A stretch of DNA of 64,000 nt. Source: Trichosphaerium sp. ATCC 40318. Taxonomy: Eukaryota > Protista > Tubulinea. Positions 38,085 through 50,908 of the stretch are shown one piece after another. Below the pieces are notes generated by a model, which saw nothing but the letters and a program-made list of their open reading frames with translations, had not been told where the DNA came from and did no database searches. Numbering within the stretch: the first letter of the stretch is position 1; every line of letters starts with the position of its first letter. Location of the stretch: the NCBI GenBank assembly GCA_038496445.1, contig JALMLS010000042.1:40658-104657 (forward strand). The letters are read 5' to 3'. Position numbers and translations under genes: made by a program.

Positions 38085-38704
38085 TTTGGGATTAATTTAG
38101 GAGCTGTTGTTACTTGTATTGTTACTTTTTAATAATTGTGTTTTGATGAACAAGCAAGTTCAAGAAACGTGACTCCGACGATAAAAATAGAACTTTCATT
38201 GAAAACTTATTTTAAAACAGCGGCTTTCTGTACTCCTCCTTTTCTTTCCATATCCGTTGATTCTAGGTTGGTCCTATTGAAAACAGAATCATGTATCGCG
38301 TTATGTTAGCGTAAAAAAATTACAACACAAAAATGGTTCACCTTTCAGTACTTATTTAAAGTGTCGCTGTGTCGCGTACTAACCACTGCGCTATTCAAAA
38401 CGTATTAACACACTCATTCTGGAGTATGGTGGAACCTTATACGACAGCTGACGAAGCGCCCGGCTGTGTAACATGGAACACAGGAATGACGATATAATTA
38501 CGCAAACATGCTTGTACAAAAATTCCATTGTGTAGTGAGTATTATAGCAACGAACCGCCTTCATATTCTACGCACCAATGAACAAAACGTTTTGTCCGTA
38601 CAAACGAAACCGCCCTTGTACTAGAGTCAACCTCAGTCACAACTTAATATGAATAAAACGTGGATTCTAGTCCTGCTTTGTGTACTTCGCGCCCACGTTT
38701 TATA

Positions 38705-39811
38705 ATGACAACGAAGCATAGTACAAACAATGAGAAGAGATTTAGCAATAAATCTCTCAGTTGCCATCTATTAAGCCTTCCCGTTGAGATTCAACTCGAT
38801 ATCGTTGATTTAGAGGTATCATTGTATTGTATTTGGCCTCTTCTGTCGAAAACAAGCGCAATGATGACAAGGTACGATGGAGAGATGCAAAAACATGGAA
38901 AATGGTTAAGAAGAACATCTAACAACCAACTTGTAAGTAGGCTAACTAATCAAGTTCTTCATTTTGAACCTAGATACTCAATAGTTTGATATTAGGCTCT
39001 TCAACAACATTGGTCACATGGTAAGAGACACGGGGAACACAAGAAGTGGTATGGTAATGGAAAATTGCATGAGAAGTGTAGCTACATCGACAGTAAACTT
39101 AATGGAGAATATAAGCGGTGGTTTGCAAATGGCCAATTGTGGTTACAGTTTGTTTATGTCAATGGTAAACTTGATGGAGAGTATAAGGAGTGGCTTGAAA
39201 ATGGTCAATTGATACAGCACTGCATTTGCGTCAATGGTAAACGAGAAGGAGAGTACAGGAGTTGGTACAAAAATGGCCAGTTAAGAGAGTATTGCACGTA
39301 TGTCTTGGGCAATATTGAAGGAGAATACAAGCAATGGAATGATAACGGACATTTGAAAGAGGAATGTACTTATGTAGCAGGTAATCTAGTAGGAGAATAC
39401 AAGCAATGGTATGATGATACTCAATTGTGTAAGTGGGTTAAATATGTTAATGGCAATTATGCTCAGTGTAAGCTTGAAGCAGAGTATAAGATTTGGCATG
39501 TCAATGGCCAACTTAGAGAACACTTTTATTATGTGAATGGTAAACGACATGGAGAGTATAAGAAGTGGTACGCCAATGGCCAATTGTGGTCACAGTTCAA
39601 TTATATCAATGGTAAACGACATGGAGAGTACAAGCAATGGTACAACAATGGCCAATTGATACAGAAAAGCAATTATGTCAATGGTAGCCTAGAAGGAGAG
39701 TTCAAGCAGTGGTACAACAGTGGTCAATTGATACGACAGTGTATGTATGTCAATGGTAAACTTTTAACGCCTGATATAGACTACAATAATTATTGGTGTG
39801 AGTTGTTATAG
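38705..39811 (+). CDS. F-box-like + MORN-variant repeat protein A (intron 38933-38995)
   Basis: Exon 1 LLSLPVEIQLDIV, phase-0 GT-AG intron, exon 2 with about 12 NGKxxGEYKxWYxNGQL repeats. Confidence 0.88.
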
Positions 39812-40328
39812 ATAGAGCTTGAACGTACCTTCAGGGAAGGAAGAATTACTAAATGAACAATGGGATTTAACCGTATTTACCACAAGCGACGCAAACCACT
39901 TACAAAAATCATTCTAAAAAAGACATTTACTGTAGCTTGTAATTCTCTAAGGCTTTTATTCTCATTCAATGATTGGTTTAACCTCCTTGTTATACCCAAG
40001 GTCTTTAATCATTGTTAAGTGCTCTGAATGTACATAAATAACAAACGGTTGCTCTTTATAGTCGATTTTTGCTACACAGTTTGCCCTTGCTCAACGCTTT
40101 TCAATATTTCACTGAATCGTAGTCATTAGGAAGTCGCAGTTAACCGGCTTTCAATACCTAAACGGTTAACCAGTTTGTAACCGGAAAAGTAAGACCTCAT
40201 CTCGACTTCTTGTTAAGTTGCATATGCTCCGAGTCAACTCCGCTTAAATCAGTCAATTGACCAACCTTCCAGTTCTTACCGAGCGAACCCGCACTCTTCT
40301 TAAGTACCTACAACGTATTAATTTTACA

Positions 40329-41463
40329 ATGCAGCACAGTACAAACAATGAGAAGAGATTTAGCAATAAATCTCTCAGTTGCCATCTATTAAGCCTTCCC
40401 GTTGAGATTCAACTCGATATCGTTGATTTAGAGGTATCATTGTATTGTATTTGGCCTCTTCTGTCGAAAACAAGCGCAATGATGACAAGGTACGATGGAG
40501 AGATGCAAAAACATGGAAAATGGCAAAGATGGAAACACTCATGGCAAGAAAACCGCATTGTACTTGTAAGTGATATTTTCTTACAACTAGTCTTCAAATT
40601 TCTTCAGTGAGACGCTAACTTACACATTAAAACCATTTTTAATCGCATTCTAGACTCATGAACAACATTGGTCTCATGGTAAGCAACATGGGGAACAGAA
40701 AGAGTGGTATGAAAATGGAACCTTGCTTGAGGAGTGTAACTATAATGTCGGTGTACTTGAAGGCGAGTATAAAAAGTGGTTTGAAAATGGGCAATTATGG
40801 GTGCAGTCTGTTTATGCCAATGGTAAACTCGAAGGAGTGTCCAAGGTGTGGTATGAAAATGGCCAATTGAACAGCCACAACAGTTTTGTCAATGGTACCA
40901 TTGAAGGGGAGTCCAAAGAGTGGAAACCTAATGGAAAAATACATTGGCATTGTAATTATGTCAACGGTATACTTGAAGGAGAGTATAAGATGTGGTTTAA
41001 TGGTCAACACGAGATCTTTAATTATGTCAACAATAAACGACATGGAGAGAACAAGAGGTGGTATGCCAATGGTAATATGCTCTGGCATTTAAATTACACC
41101 AATGGTAGACGACATGGAGAGTACAAGTGGTGGCATGAAAATGGTCAATTGAGGGAGCAAAGTAAGTATGTCAATGGTATACGGGCAGGAGAGTACAAGC
41201 TCTGGGATACCAATGGACAACTTATAGAGCATAGCAATTATATCACTGGTAACCTTGATCCAGATTCAGGCTATTCTATTGGTATACTAGATGGAGAGTT
41301 CAAGAAGTGGCATACTAATGGCCAATTGGCACAGCATTGCACGTATGTCAATGGTAAACGAGAAGAGGAGTACAAACAGTGGGATGCCAATGGCCAATTG
41401 GAGGAGTATTACACTTACGTCAATGGTAAACGTGAAGGAGAGAACAGGTGTTTGCTGATGTAA
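40329..41463 (+). CDS. F-box-like + MORN-variant repeat protein B (intron 40566-40653)
   Basis: Exon 1 nearly identical to gene A. Phase-0 intron at the homologous site, followed by the repeat exon. Confidence 0.88.
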
Positions 41464-41864
41464 TTAAACTAATAGAACAAGCTAAAAACAACTCTGCTTT
41501 TTTGCCTGTCTTTATTATCATCAAATCATCACAAGCAGACTTCAAACCAGCTAATTTCAACAATACTTGAAGATCATATTACGCAGTGTAGCTAAGTGTA
41601 ACCTGCTTGCTGAAAGAGACTCTTCGCCTTCAAATAAAAAGAAATTTAATGCTGATATACTTGCTTCCACACTAAATTCCACATTGTTATCACAAAAACA
41701 ATGAGGTAGATATCGAAGAGACAACGAAGCCGCAGTTTTTTAAAATAAGTTTTCAATGAAAGTTCTATTTTTATCGTCGGAGTCACGTTTCTTGAACTCG
41801 CCTGTTCATCAAAACACAAATATTAAAAGTAACAATACCTGTAACAACAGCTCCTACAACTAAA

Positions 41865-42434
41865 ATGACTGAATACAAACTAGCAGTCGTTGGAGGCGGT
41901 GGTGTCGGTAAATCCGCTCTTACAATACAACTCATTCAAAACCACTTTGTTGATGACTATGACCCTACAATTGAAGATTCTTATCGCAAACAAGTCGTAA
42001 TAGACGATGAAGTAGCTCTTTTGGATATTCTTGATACAGCCGGACAAGAAGAATATGCCGCAATGAGAGATGGATACATGAGATCAAGCACTGGGTTTAT
42101 ACTCACTTATTCCATCACAAGTAAAACCAGCTTTGACGAGCTCTACCAATTCAAAAATCAAATTGTGAGAGTTAAAGAAGACGACAATGTTCCTATGATA
42201 CTTGTTGGTAATAAAGCTGATCTTGAAGATGAGCGACAAGTCACAACAACTGATGGAGAAAACAGAGCAAAAGAATTTGGATGTCCTTTTTTTGAAGCGT
42301 CAGCGATGACGCGGATGAACGTTGAAGAATCATTTTTTGAACTTGTGAGAGTCATACGCAGAACAGTCTCAGAGAAGAAGGGAAAGAAATCAAAAAACGA
42401 TAAAAAGAGTAGGAAGAAGTGTCGTATTCTTTAA
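41865..42434 (+). CDS. ras: Ras GTPase, inverted duplicate of 37512-38084
   Basis: Same G1-G5 motifs and CRIL. Flanks are also homologous. Confidence 0.97.
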   Translation: MTEYKLAVVGGGGVGKSALTIQLIQNHFVDDYDPTIEDSYRKQVVIDDEVALLDILDTAGQEEYAAMRDGYMRSSTGFILTYSITSKTSFDELYQFKNQIVRVKEDDNVPMILVGNKADLEDERQVTTTDGENRAKEFGCPFFEASAMTRMNVEESFFELVRVIRRTVSEKKGKKSKNDKKSRKKCRIL

Positions 42435-42702
42435 AGAAAAAAACTGTAAAAAAAATAAACCTCACTGTATTTTAATCAAACTGCTATTTGTTTCAATTTT
42501 TCTCAGCTTTTATATACTGCTTTGGCAAATTCTACATCTTGTCGCTTAGATACCTACTTTTGTTTGCCTTTGATAGTTAGTCTTGATTACTGTTCACAAA
42601 GGTAAGTCGCGAAATATTTTATGATTAGAACATAAGTATCGCATGTTTGTAATGGTCAAGATATCTTGGTGATACATTATAGTTGCATTTATTTTTCTGC
42701 TT

Positions 42703-43691
42703 TCAAGGATCTATATTTTTGATAATCATAGCCGATAGCAGAATAAACGCTTGCTCAACTATAAACTTACAAGTTAAAGAAGTGAAGGAATATTGATGCA
42801 GTACCATTACTTGAGTCTTTGGCTGATGTTTCTATAAACTGCATCTTGTTCACATCAGCAAATTTCTATTGGCGTAAGTGTTAAACATCAGTAGGTTATA
42901 TCAATCGTACCTGAGCACTCTCAGGATCAACTATATGTCGTTCAATAAGGTCACTTTTGTTGCCAACTAGAAGTAGTTGTAGATTGCCTTTTGAATTCTC
43001 TTCAACTTCATTCAGGTAGAAACCTCTTATATTGTGGAAACTCATTGGTTTAGTACTGTCATATACAATTATAACACCTTGAGACTGTTTTATAATGCTA
43101 TAGCGATTTGCTCCAAATCTACGTTGCTCACCTTTAAATATCTAATTAATTTAAACAAGCCATTTTCAAAAATCACTTATCACGTGCCACCAATTTCGCA
43201 AAGATGTAACTTGACTCTTTTTTCATACACTGTTATAATTTTCTCCACCTACAAATCAACATTAGTAATTAAAATACATCAGTTGGAAGGTGTGGTTGAA
43301 TTGTCACCAAACACCAAAAAAATGAATAAAACATACAAAGTGGAGGCCAATGGTTCCCGGATATGATTCTAAAAAAGTATTATCTGCGAATTTATGCATC
43401 AAACAGCTTTTTCCAACACCAGTATCACCAATTAGAATTATTTTGAAGTAATAGTCGCTTCCAACTGCATCAGAGAGATGATTTGGGTTTTTTGAATTTG
43501 TACCTTTCTTTAGGGGTTGAACTGACCTCTGGGTTTCCACCAGTAACTCCACGTGAGAGTCTATGTTTATTACAATTAAACCAAACTGCCGTTAACAGCA
43601 ACAAAATAACCAGTAAAGGAAACGTAAGGTTAAATGACAGTAAGCATTATAAATACCTTTGTTTTTCCTCTGCTATATGTTTACCACCCAT
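42703..43691 (-). CDS. Divergent Rab1-like GTPase, possibly a pseudogene
   Basis: [22 protein letters not shown] and FIETSAK are present. G3 is degenerate (LCEIGG). Starts MGGKH, with a phase conflict between exons 1 and 2. Ends ..IIKNIDP* with no Cys. Confidence 0.65.
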
Positions 43692-43812
43692 TTTACTTAT
43701 TGTTGGTATGTCAGATAATAATGGTAGACTTAAAAGACAAGAATTGACTAAGTAGCCTCAAGCTTATCTATAGATTTCAATATTTAAACTACAGAATAAT
43801 TAATACAGTGAC

Positions 43813-44786
43813 ATGGGCAGTAATAGCAGCAAAGATGGAAAAAATTATAGGTAAGTTCAGTACACCAACCTTGCGGTTATCAAGCGATGAGTAGATTGAC
43901 TTACGCACTTGTAGCGCCTTCAAACCCTCCAGCGAATACTAAAACGTCAAATGTAGAATAGTACATTCGTTTTTAGGCTTGTTACCGTAGCTTACATTGT
44001 TGTAGTGATGGTTCGTTCAAAGTCATTACTGTTGGTGATATGGGTGTTGGAAAGACAAAATTTGTACTGAGATTCGTTGATGACACATTTCCAGTTCATT
44101 ACACCACAATAGATGTCTTTGTACGTAATACGCAACATGCAAACAATGTCAAAACGTTGTTCTCCCACCAATACGCTGCTCACATTTTAGTTTGACATAT
44201 CACGTGTTAGAAATACTAGCTCATGTTTTCGTAGAGGGAAAAAACAATTCAAGTCGATGGCCACCGAATAAAACTACAAGTTTGGGATTTTTGCGGTATG
44301 CTTTCTCATTTTGTTGCTATGAGGGTTTTTTTAAAGATGTTTCTATAGGTCAGGAACGATTCCACACCCAAGGTATTAGTCAATGGAGACGTACTAAAGG
44401 TGTTTTGATTTTATATGATATTACACGCCAGGGGTCTTTTGATAATGTAAAACGGTGGCTAAAAGTGGTTGAAAGATATGCAATGGATACTGTACAAATA
44501 ATACTTGTTGGAACAAAAAGTGATCTAACAGATGACCGTGTTGTTGACACTGCTGTCGCCAAGGTAAAGTCAATAAGTTGTATTGTAACGAAAGTACTGT
44601 CTTTTGATATTTATCTTAGGCATTAGCTGATCAACTCGAGATAAAGTTCATTGAAACATCAGCCAAAGATGGTATAAACGGTATGGTACATTTTAATGTA
44701 GTTTCTTACTTGCGTTTTTAGTAAACGAAGCTTTTGATGCACTAGCATCTGCCATAATAGAACTAGAAACAATTGAAGAATCTTAA
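43813..44786 (+). CDS. Divergent Rab1-like GTPase with MGSNSS N-terminus (1-nt frameshift in an A6 run of exon 1)
   Basis: GDMGVGKT, WDFCGQERF, GTKSDL, FIETSAK. Ends ..IELETIEES*. Confidence 0.7.
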
Positions 44787-46601
44787 AGCAATACCAGGAT
44801 GCCACTATCCCTGTAATCAAAGCAACATCAAAAGGTTCATACGACGTCTCATAACAATTTATAACGACATCCTTGAGACTCAACAGTTGTTCTTTTAGTT
44901 CAATAAAAGATCTTGTGCTTGTTCGTGGCCCTAACTGTATACATAATAACCTCCTGGCACCCACCTGTTATGGCATATCCAGTATTACTTCTACAATGAT
45001 TGAAGCTATGAGCAAGTGAAGAATAAGTATCTACAAACAATTCTTGTGTACTTACAATAGTATACTAACGGACTGATACCTGCATTATATAAAAATGATT
45101 GAATACGTGGAGTAGAGCCCTCAATCTTGAGAAATGAATTCCATTATCTGACAACAGCATCACCACAACTACACCAATACAACTATCAACAACTGCTACA
45201 ACTGCACCTCCTACTATTGTCTATATCCCCTATATGGTAGCAGCAATGAATGTAACTATAAGTTCATTGTATCGTGTTCTTACACAAGCTGCTGGTTTCA
45301 ACAGTTCTTCACCTCCAACTATTGTACTATGCATTACAAGCACAAAACAACTCATATACGATGCTACTTACAACTCACAAGACTAGTTTAAAGACAATAA
45401 ATCTGAGAAGATATGTTTAGTATTACAACTTGACAAGAATTGTTGATAGGTGTTCACAACACTTCTGAGTAGCACTACAGGTTATTGATAACATACATTT
45501 GATTCACATTACGGAATAACGAAATTGTTGATAACAATAACATCCTTCCTTCTCAAACCGCAAGTAAATGGACTACTGTTAAACAATTTTATGCGATCAC
45601 TTGTTGCACTTATAACTACCTGACAATGTATCCTGATATATTCTTTTCAGTGTGCACATCCAGAGATAAGCCGAGCAGAGTGATATAATAAATATCAATC
45701 CAAAAAAATAGATGATACAATTGACAGTTAAGCACATTAACCAACGCGAGAAATGTACAACGCACGCTAACCTTGATAGCGCTTTATAAAGGTAAACACC
45801 GCGTCAAACAAAATCTAATTTAACTTATCCTTGGCAAAATAAGCAATCACGGCGATAAAATATTGTAATGCTTGCTATGGAAGTAATGTAGCCCCTGCTT
45901 GGTACCATTACGCTCTCTATAACGTTATACCGCGAGCTTGTCGCAAAAATCGGGCGAAAAACTTTATCTCGCTAGTTGTCTGCTACTAACACGTGTTTGG
46001 CGCTTATTCCTTTTTGTTATTTTATACTTTATATATAAAACCGTTTTATTAACCGCCTATCGCTAGTGGTGTTGGGAAGTACACAATTGGATTCGCATAA
46101 GACAGGATACACTATCACGTAGTGTGTAAAGCTACATCAGTGACAGTCAACAGCTTATAGAACTAGATTGTAGAGTTCACAGGTTCGCTTAGGCTAACCA
46201 TTTTTAACATGCTATGAGGAGTTTTTGGCTGATAAACACAGTACACGTTTTCAATAGTGTGACTTATTTACGTTCGTTAATATCAACACAATGGGAACTG
46301 TTCTCGTAGTGATAGTGTAAGATACCAAATATTTAAGAAAGTCGTTTCATACAAAAAAATCAAGCGACTCTGAATCACGTGTTGAACTAGCCTTTGGGCG
46401 AAAAAAGACAAATAAAAATCAAATTCTTTGACAATTGATCTTAGTAAATCATAAAACTGTCCTGTATGTACAGGAAGCGCCTTCTTGCCATCCAATAGTG
46501 AGGTAAATGAGACTATCGGACTCTTTGGAGGCCTGCCTTAAACAAGACAACAATTAACTTAAACTGGAAACGTAAACTACAGATTTACTAAAATCAAGTA
46601 A

Positions 46602-47576
46602 ATGGGAAGTAAAAGCAGTAAAGCGACAATTAGAGGTATGTCAGTACACCAACCTTGTGGTTATCAAGCGTAACAGTAGATTGACTTACGCACTTGTAGC
46701 GCCTTCAAACCCTCCAGCAAATACTAAAACGTCAAATGTAGAATAGTACATTCGTTTTTAGGCTTGTTACCGTAGCTTACATTGTTGTAGTAATAGTTCG
46801 TTCAAAGTCATTACTGTTGGTGATATGGGTGTTGGAAAGACAAGCTTTGTACTGAGATTCGTTGATGACACATTTTCAGTTCATTACACCACATCCTCAT
46901 TAATGGGTGCTGACTTTGTACGTAATACGCAACATGCAAACAATGCCAAAACGTTGTTCTCCCACCAATACGCTGCTTACATTTTAGTTTGACATATCAC
47001 GTGTTAGAAATACTAGCTCATGTTTTCATAGAAGGAAAAAACAATTCAAGTTGATGACCACCAAATAAAACTACAAGTTTGGGATATTTGCGGTATGCTT
47101 TCTCGTTTTGTTGCTATGAGGATTTTTTTAAATATGTTTCTATAGGTCAGGAACGATTCCGCACCCAAGGTATTAGTCAATGGACCCATACTAAAGGTGT
47201 TTTGATGTTATATGATATTACTTGCGAAAAGTCTTTTGATAATGTAAAACTGTGGCTACAAGAGGTTGAACGATATGCAATGGATAATGTACAAATAATA
47301 CTTGTTGGAACAAAAAGTGATCTAACAGATGACCGTGTTGTTGACACTGCTGTCGCCAAGGTAAAGTCAATAAGTTGTATTGTAACGAAAGTACTGTCTT
47401 TTGATATTCATCTTAGGCATTAGCTGATCAACTCAAGATAAAGTTCATTGAAACATCAGCCAAAGATGGTATAAACGGTATGTTAGTACTCGCATACTCT
47501 GTTAAAGTACTTGTTTATAGTAAACGAAGCTTTTGATGTACTAGCATCTGCCATAATAGATACCGAATACGATTGA
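46602..47576 (+). CDS. Divergent Rab1-like GTPase with MGSKSS N-terminus, tandem duplicate
   Basis: In-frame spliced model with GDMGVGKTS, WDICGQERF, GTKSDL, FIETSAK. Ends ..IIDTEYD*. Confidence 0.8.
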
Positions 47577-48716
47577 AGAACCTTAAAGGAAGCAATAATA
47601 GGACGACGATATCCCTCCCATTAAAGCAACAACCAAGCAGCTTAGACAACAAACAATAAAATCTTTGACGACATTCACCGTGGACTCAACAGTTATAATT
47701 TAGTAACAATTTTTGCTCGTTTATTTCTATGCTACGCTTGCAATGTGCATCTAACTTGTATACTATAGCCCCATTGTACCCACCTGTTACAGTATATCCG
47801 GTTAGTAATTCTACAGTGATGGAAGATATGAGCAAGTGAACAATGAGCACGTTCATACCTTGTGTACCAGGTATATTCGTTTTTATAAAAAATAATAGAA
47901 TCCGACCTCTACAAATCTAGTACTTACCATTCAGTTAATGACACCTTGATTTGTACTGGTTAGTACAACACTAGCTGATTGGAGGAGAGAATCCGTCTGT
48001 TCGGCTACTACGCTACCTGGATCAATGTAGGCTGAGTTTAATTTCCTGCACAATAGAAAGGTATTTTCCAAAAGTGGTACTATTGTCCGTATCATACAGA
48101 TTATTACGCTATGTTAGTACTGTACGCTCATCGCAAGATACATTGGAAGCGCTTGTAATTTTGGTGACCATAAAAACGTGTTCGAAAAACAAATTTCAAT
48201 TGCCTTGTATAGAGTCGGAAGAGATTCTTCACACGTAATTGACATATTTGGAAGAATCTTTCACATTATCAAATTTCATAGCGTAAACTATACCTGCCAT
48301 TGTGCTCATACAAGCGCTTGTGATGTTTTTACACTAAATCTTGGAGTTTTAGTTAACGTTGTGGCTTATTTTTCCATATCACGTGGTTTTACAAATTGAA
48401 ATGTACCAACAGCTAGAAAACCTAGTAAATGATAGCAATCTACTGGATAAGCATTTTTTTCGGATTTTACCCCTTTGCCCGAAAGAGACAGTCGTTGGGT
48501 AATGATGTATACTTACATGACGTACCTACTAGTGTTACTGTTGAGAATAAATGGCATAGCCCTCCACAGAAGGAAATAGTAGACGAAAATAATTCAACAG
48601 TAAGCCACCCTGTCTAGCACAAAACAGGCATCGAATTTGATGCTAGTTTTCGCTAAAATATCAACTAATGAAACCCGTTGAGATTGTTAACGTGCATTCA
48701 CATAAACATACAATCC

Positions 48717-50254
48717 ATGGAGAAGGAGGAAGCCGATGTATTACCTTTTGAATCGTTTCCGCGTGAAATACTTGTGTTAATCATCTACAACCTCGATGTG
48801 GAATATTTGGTAGCTCTTGGCGCTACTTCTAAGTCTTTTAGATCATTTACATCTGATAACTTTTTGTGGCAATGGTTTTACGCCCAACACTTCGTATCAG
48901 AACCTAAAGGTACCGATTCAAGCGTTTAAACACAATTTACAAACTTCAACAGGTGATAACATCAAGAGCGCTTTTATCTACGAATGGACACACAAGGTAC
49001 TAACCTAACTTTGGCCAAAGCAAAATATCAAAAACAAATTGCTTGAGAGCCTCACGAAGGGCTTTTTCATTGCTCCGAATATGCGTTAACATTTTTTTAT
49101 AAGGTGACCATACTCCAAGTTTTCTATTTCTCAATGTACTATTACAATTTTGTGTTAGTGCCTAACATTGTCCAGTAATCTCCCTACCGAAGCCAAAGAT
49201 TATATAACAAAGATGGAAGTGTCACAGCCATGCGTACAAAAAGCCATATCGTCTGGCATAACAGTATTACCTCTCGTTTTCTATTTATAGACCTATCTAA
49301 CAATATGTTTTTTACTAGATCAAGAGTTGTTTTTGTGGAGGTGGAGGCGTAGGAGGCGTATGTCAAGTTTTTTTTTTTGGTCACGTGATAAAACACGTGT
49401 TTGATTTTACTTAATAAACTCGAGGAACAAACAGACTGCTATAATTACAAGGTATATAACTAATTGGTTTGTGGATGAATATGATCCAACAATAGGTATG
49501 TCGTTGAGGGGAAATGACCTCCTGTTCCAAACAAAGGTTGATTAGTTGTTTAAGTTCGTAAAGATTACTGCATGCATACTCACACCTTTGTGTTTAGAAG
49601 ATGAATCTAATATGTACATTAAAAAGGGAAACTTTTATGCTACTTTGATTGTAGTAGATACCGCTGGCCAAGAGGCGTGCGTACCCTAGGTTTACTTTGC
49701 TAATAAATTGACTTTTTTGGCAGGTACAGTGCAATGAGAGAATACCATATGCCCGACCAAGACATATTTGTTCTTGTTTACGCTATTAACAGTAGAAAAA
49801 GCTTTGATGAACTTAATAGTTTCAGAAAACAGATCATGCGTGTTCAGCATGTCAAGGCATTCCCAATGATATTGGTATGCGGTTTGTTAGACTGTCCAGT
49901 CACTCGTTATGTAGGTTGCGAATAAGTGTGATCTAGAAGATGAAAGACAAGTATCTGAATCTGAAGGTATAGAACGTGCAAAGTTATGGGGAGCACGTTT
50001 CATTTCTGTGAGTTGCAAAACAGGCAAAAATATTGACAAGCTTTTTGAACTTATTGTTGAACACTATCAACAAATGGTGCTAACTGCAAGGTATCGCCTC
50101 TAGCTATTTTATTTGTTTATCTATTCACCTCTTTATGACATTATTTAATGGTTCCTCACAACACGTGTTACTCATGTCTAACCTTAAAAATAGTACTACA
50201 AAAAATAAATCCAAGATATCCAAATTTTTCTCTAAGATGCTTGGCAAGAAATGA
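48717..50254 (+). CDS. F-box + Ras-like GTPase fusion protein
   Basis: F-box FESFPREILVLII...SDNFLW. Spliced Ras domain [29 protein letters not shown]. Basic tail without CAAX. Confidence 0.8.
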
Positions 50255-50908
50255 TGTAACTTGTATAAACTAAGCACTCAATTAGTAAAATACTAAACTG
50301 ACTTGTAAAAGAAAGCAACAAATAATACTATGCTATAAACTCAAACTTAAAAATCTGGTTTTATTCTTTTTTTTCTTCAGCAAAATACATTGGAAATTTT
50401 TGGGTGATGTGGGTGATTGCTGCACGCCATGTTGTTGATAAGTTTGTAGGTTGTTGTTAATTTATACAAAGTTAACTTAAGTTTACCCAAACGTCTGTAA
50501 TAGAGTAAAACACTTGTGCAGCCACGCGAAAGCACTGTAAGCTGGTACGAATGTAGAAGGAGTTGGAATAGCAGGCTCACAAGTACGCAAGCGTACACAA
50601 GTTGGATGTATAATAACTAAACTATTTATAACGTAACTTGTAATTACATAGGGTTACAGAGTAGACTTACACTTTTCCAAGGAGATGTCTACTTTTCGCA
50701 AATAGTTGAAACCATCTCTTCATCTCGATATGCCGGAGAAATGGTTCTTATATTCGCAATACTTTCTCTTGTAATTTTGGGTAACAAGATGTTAATATAG
50801 CAGTCCTTTGAACTACACTAAACGTGTTTTCTCCCGGCCAAGTATTCCTATATTTTTCAGAGTATTTTCAAGGGTGAACTATGTCAACTTTTTTCTTAAC
50901 AACAAAGA

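Noticed and set aside
22137-41463. Intact endogenous giant virus or Polinton
   Set aside because: There is no capsid, DNA polymerase, packaging ATPase or intact integrase, and intron-rich host genes are interleaved.
46521-46541. Lone GGAGGCCTGCC-TTAA resembling another TTAA-element end
   Set aside because: No matching inverted partner was found.
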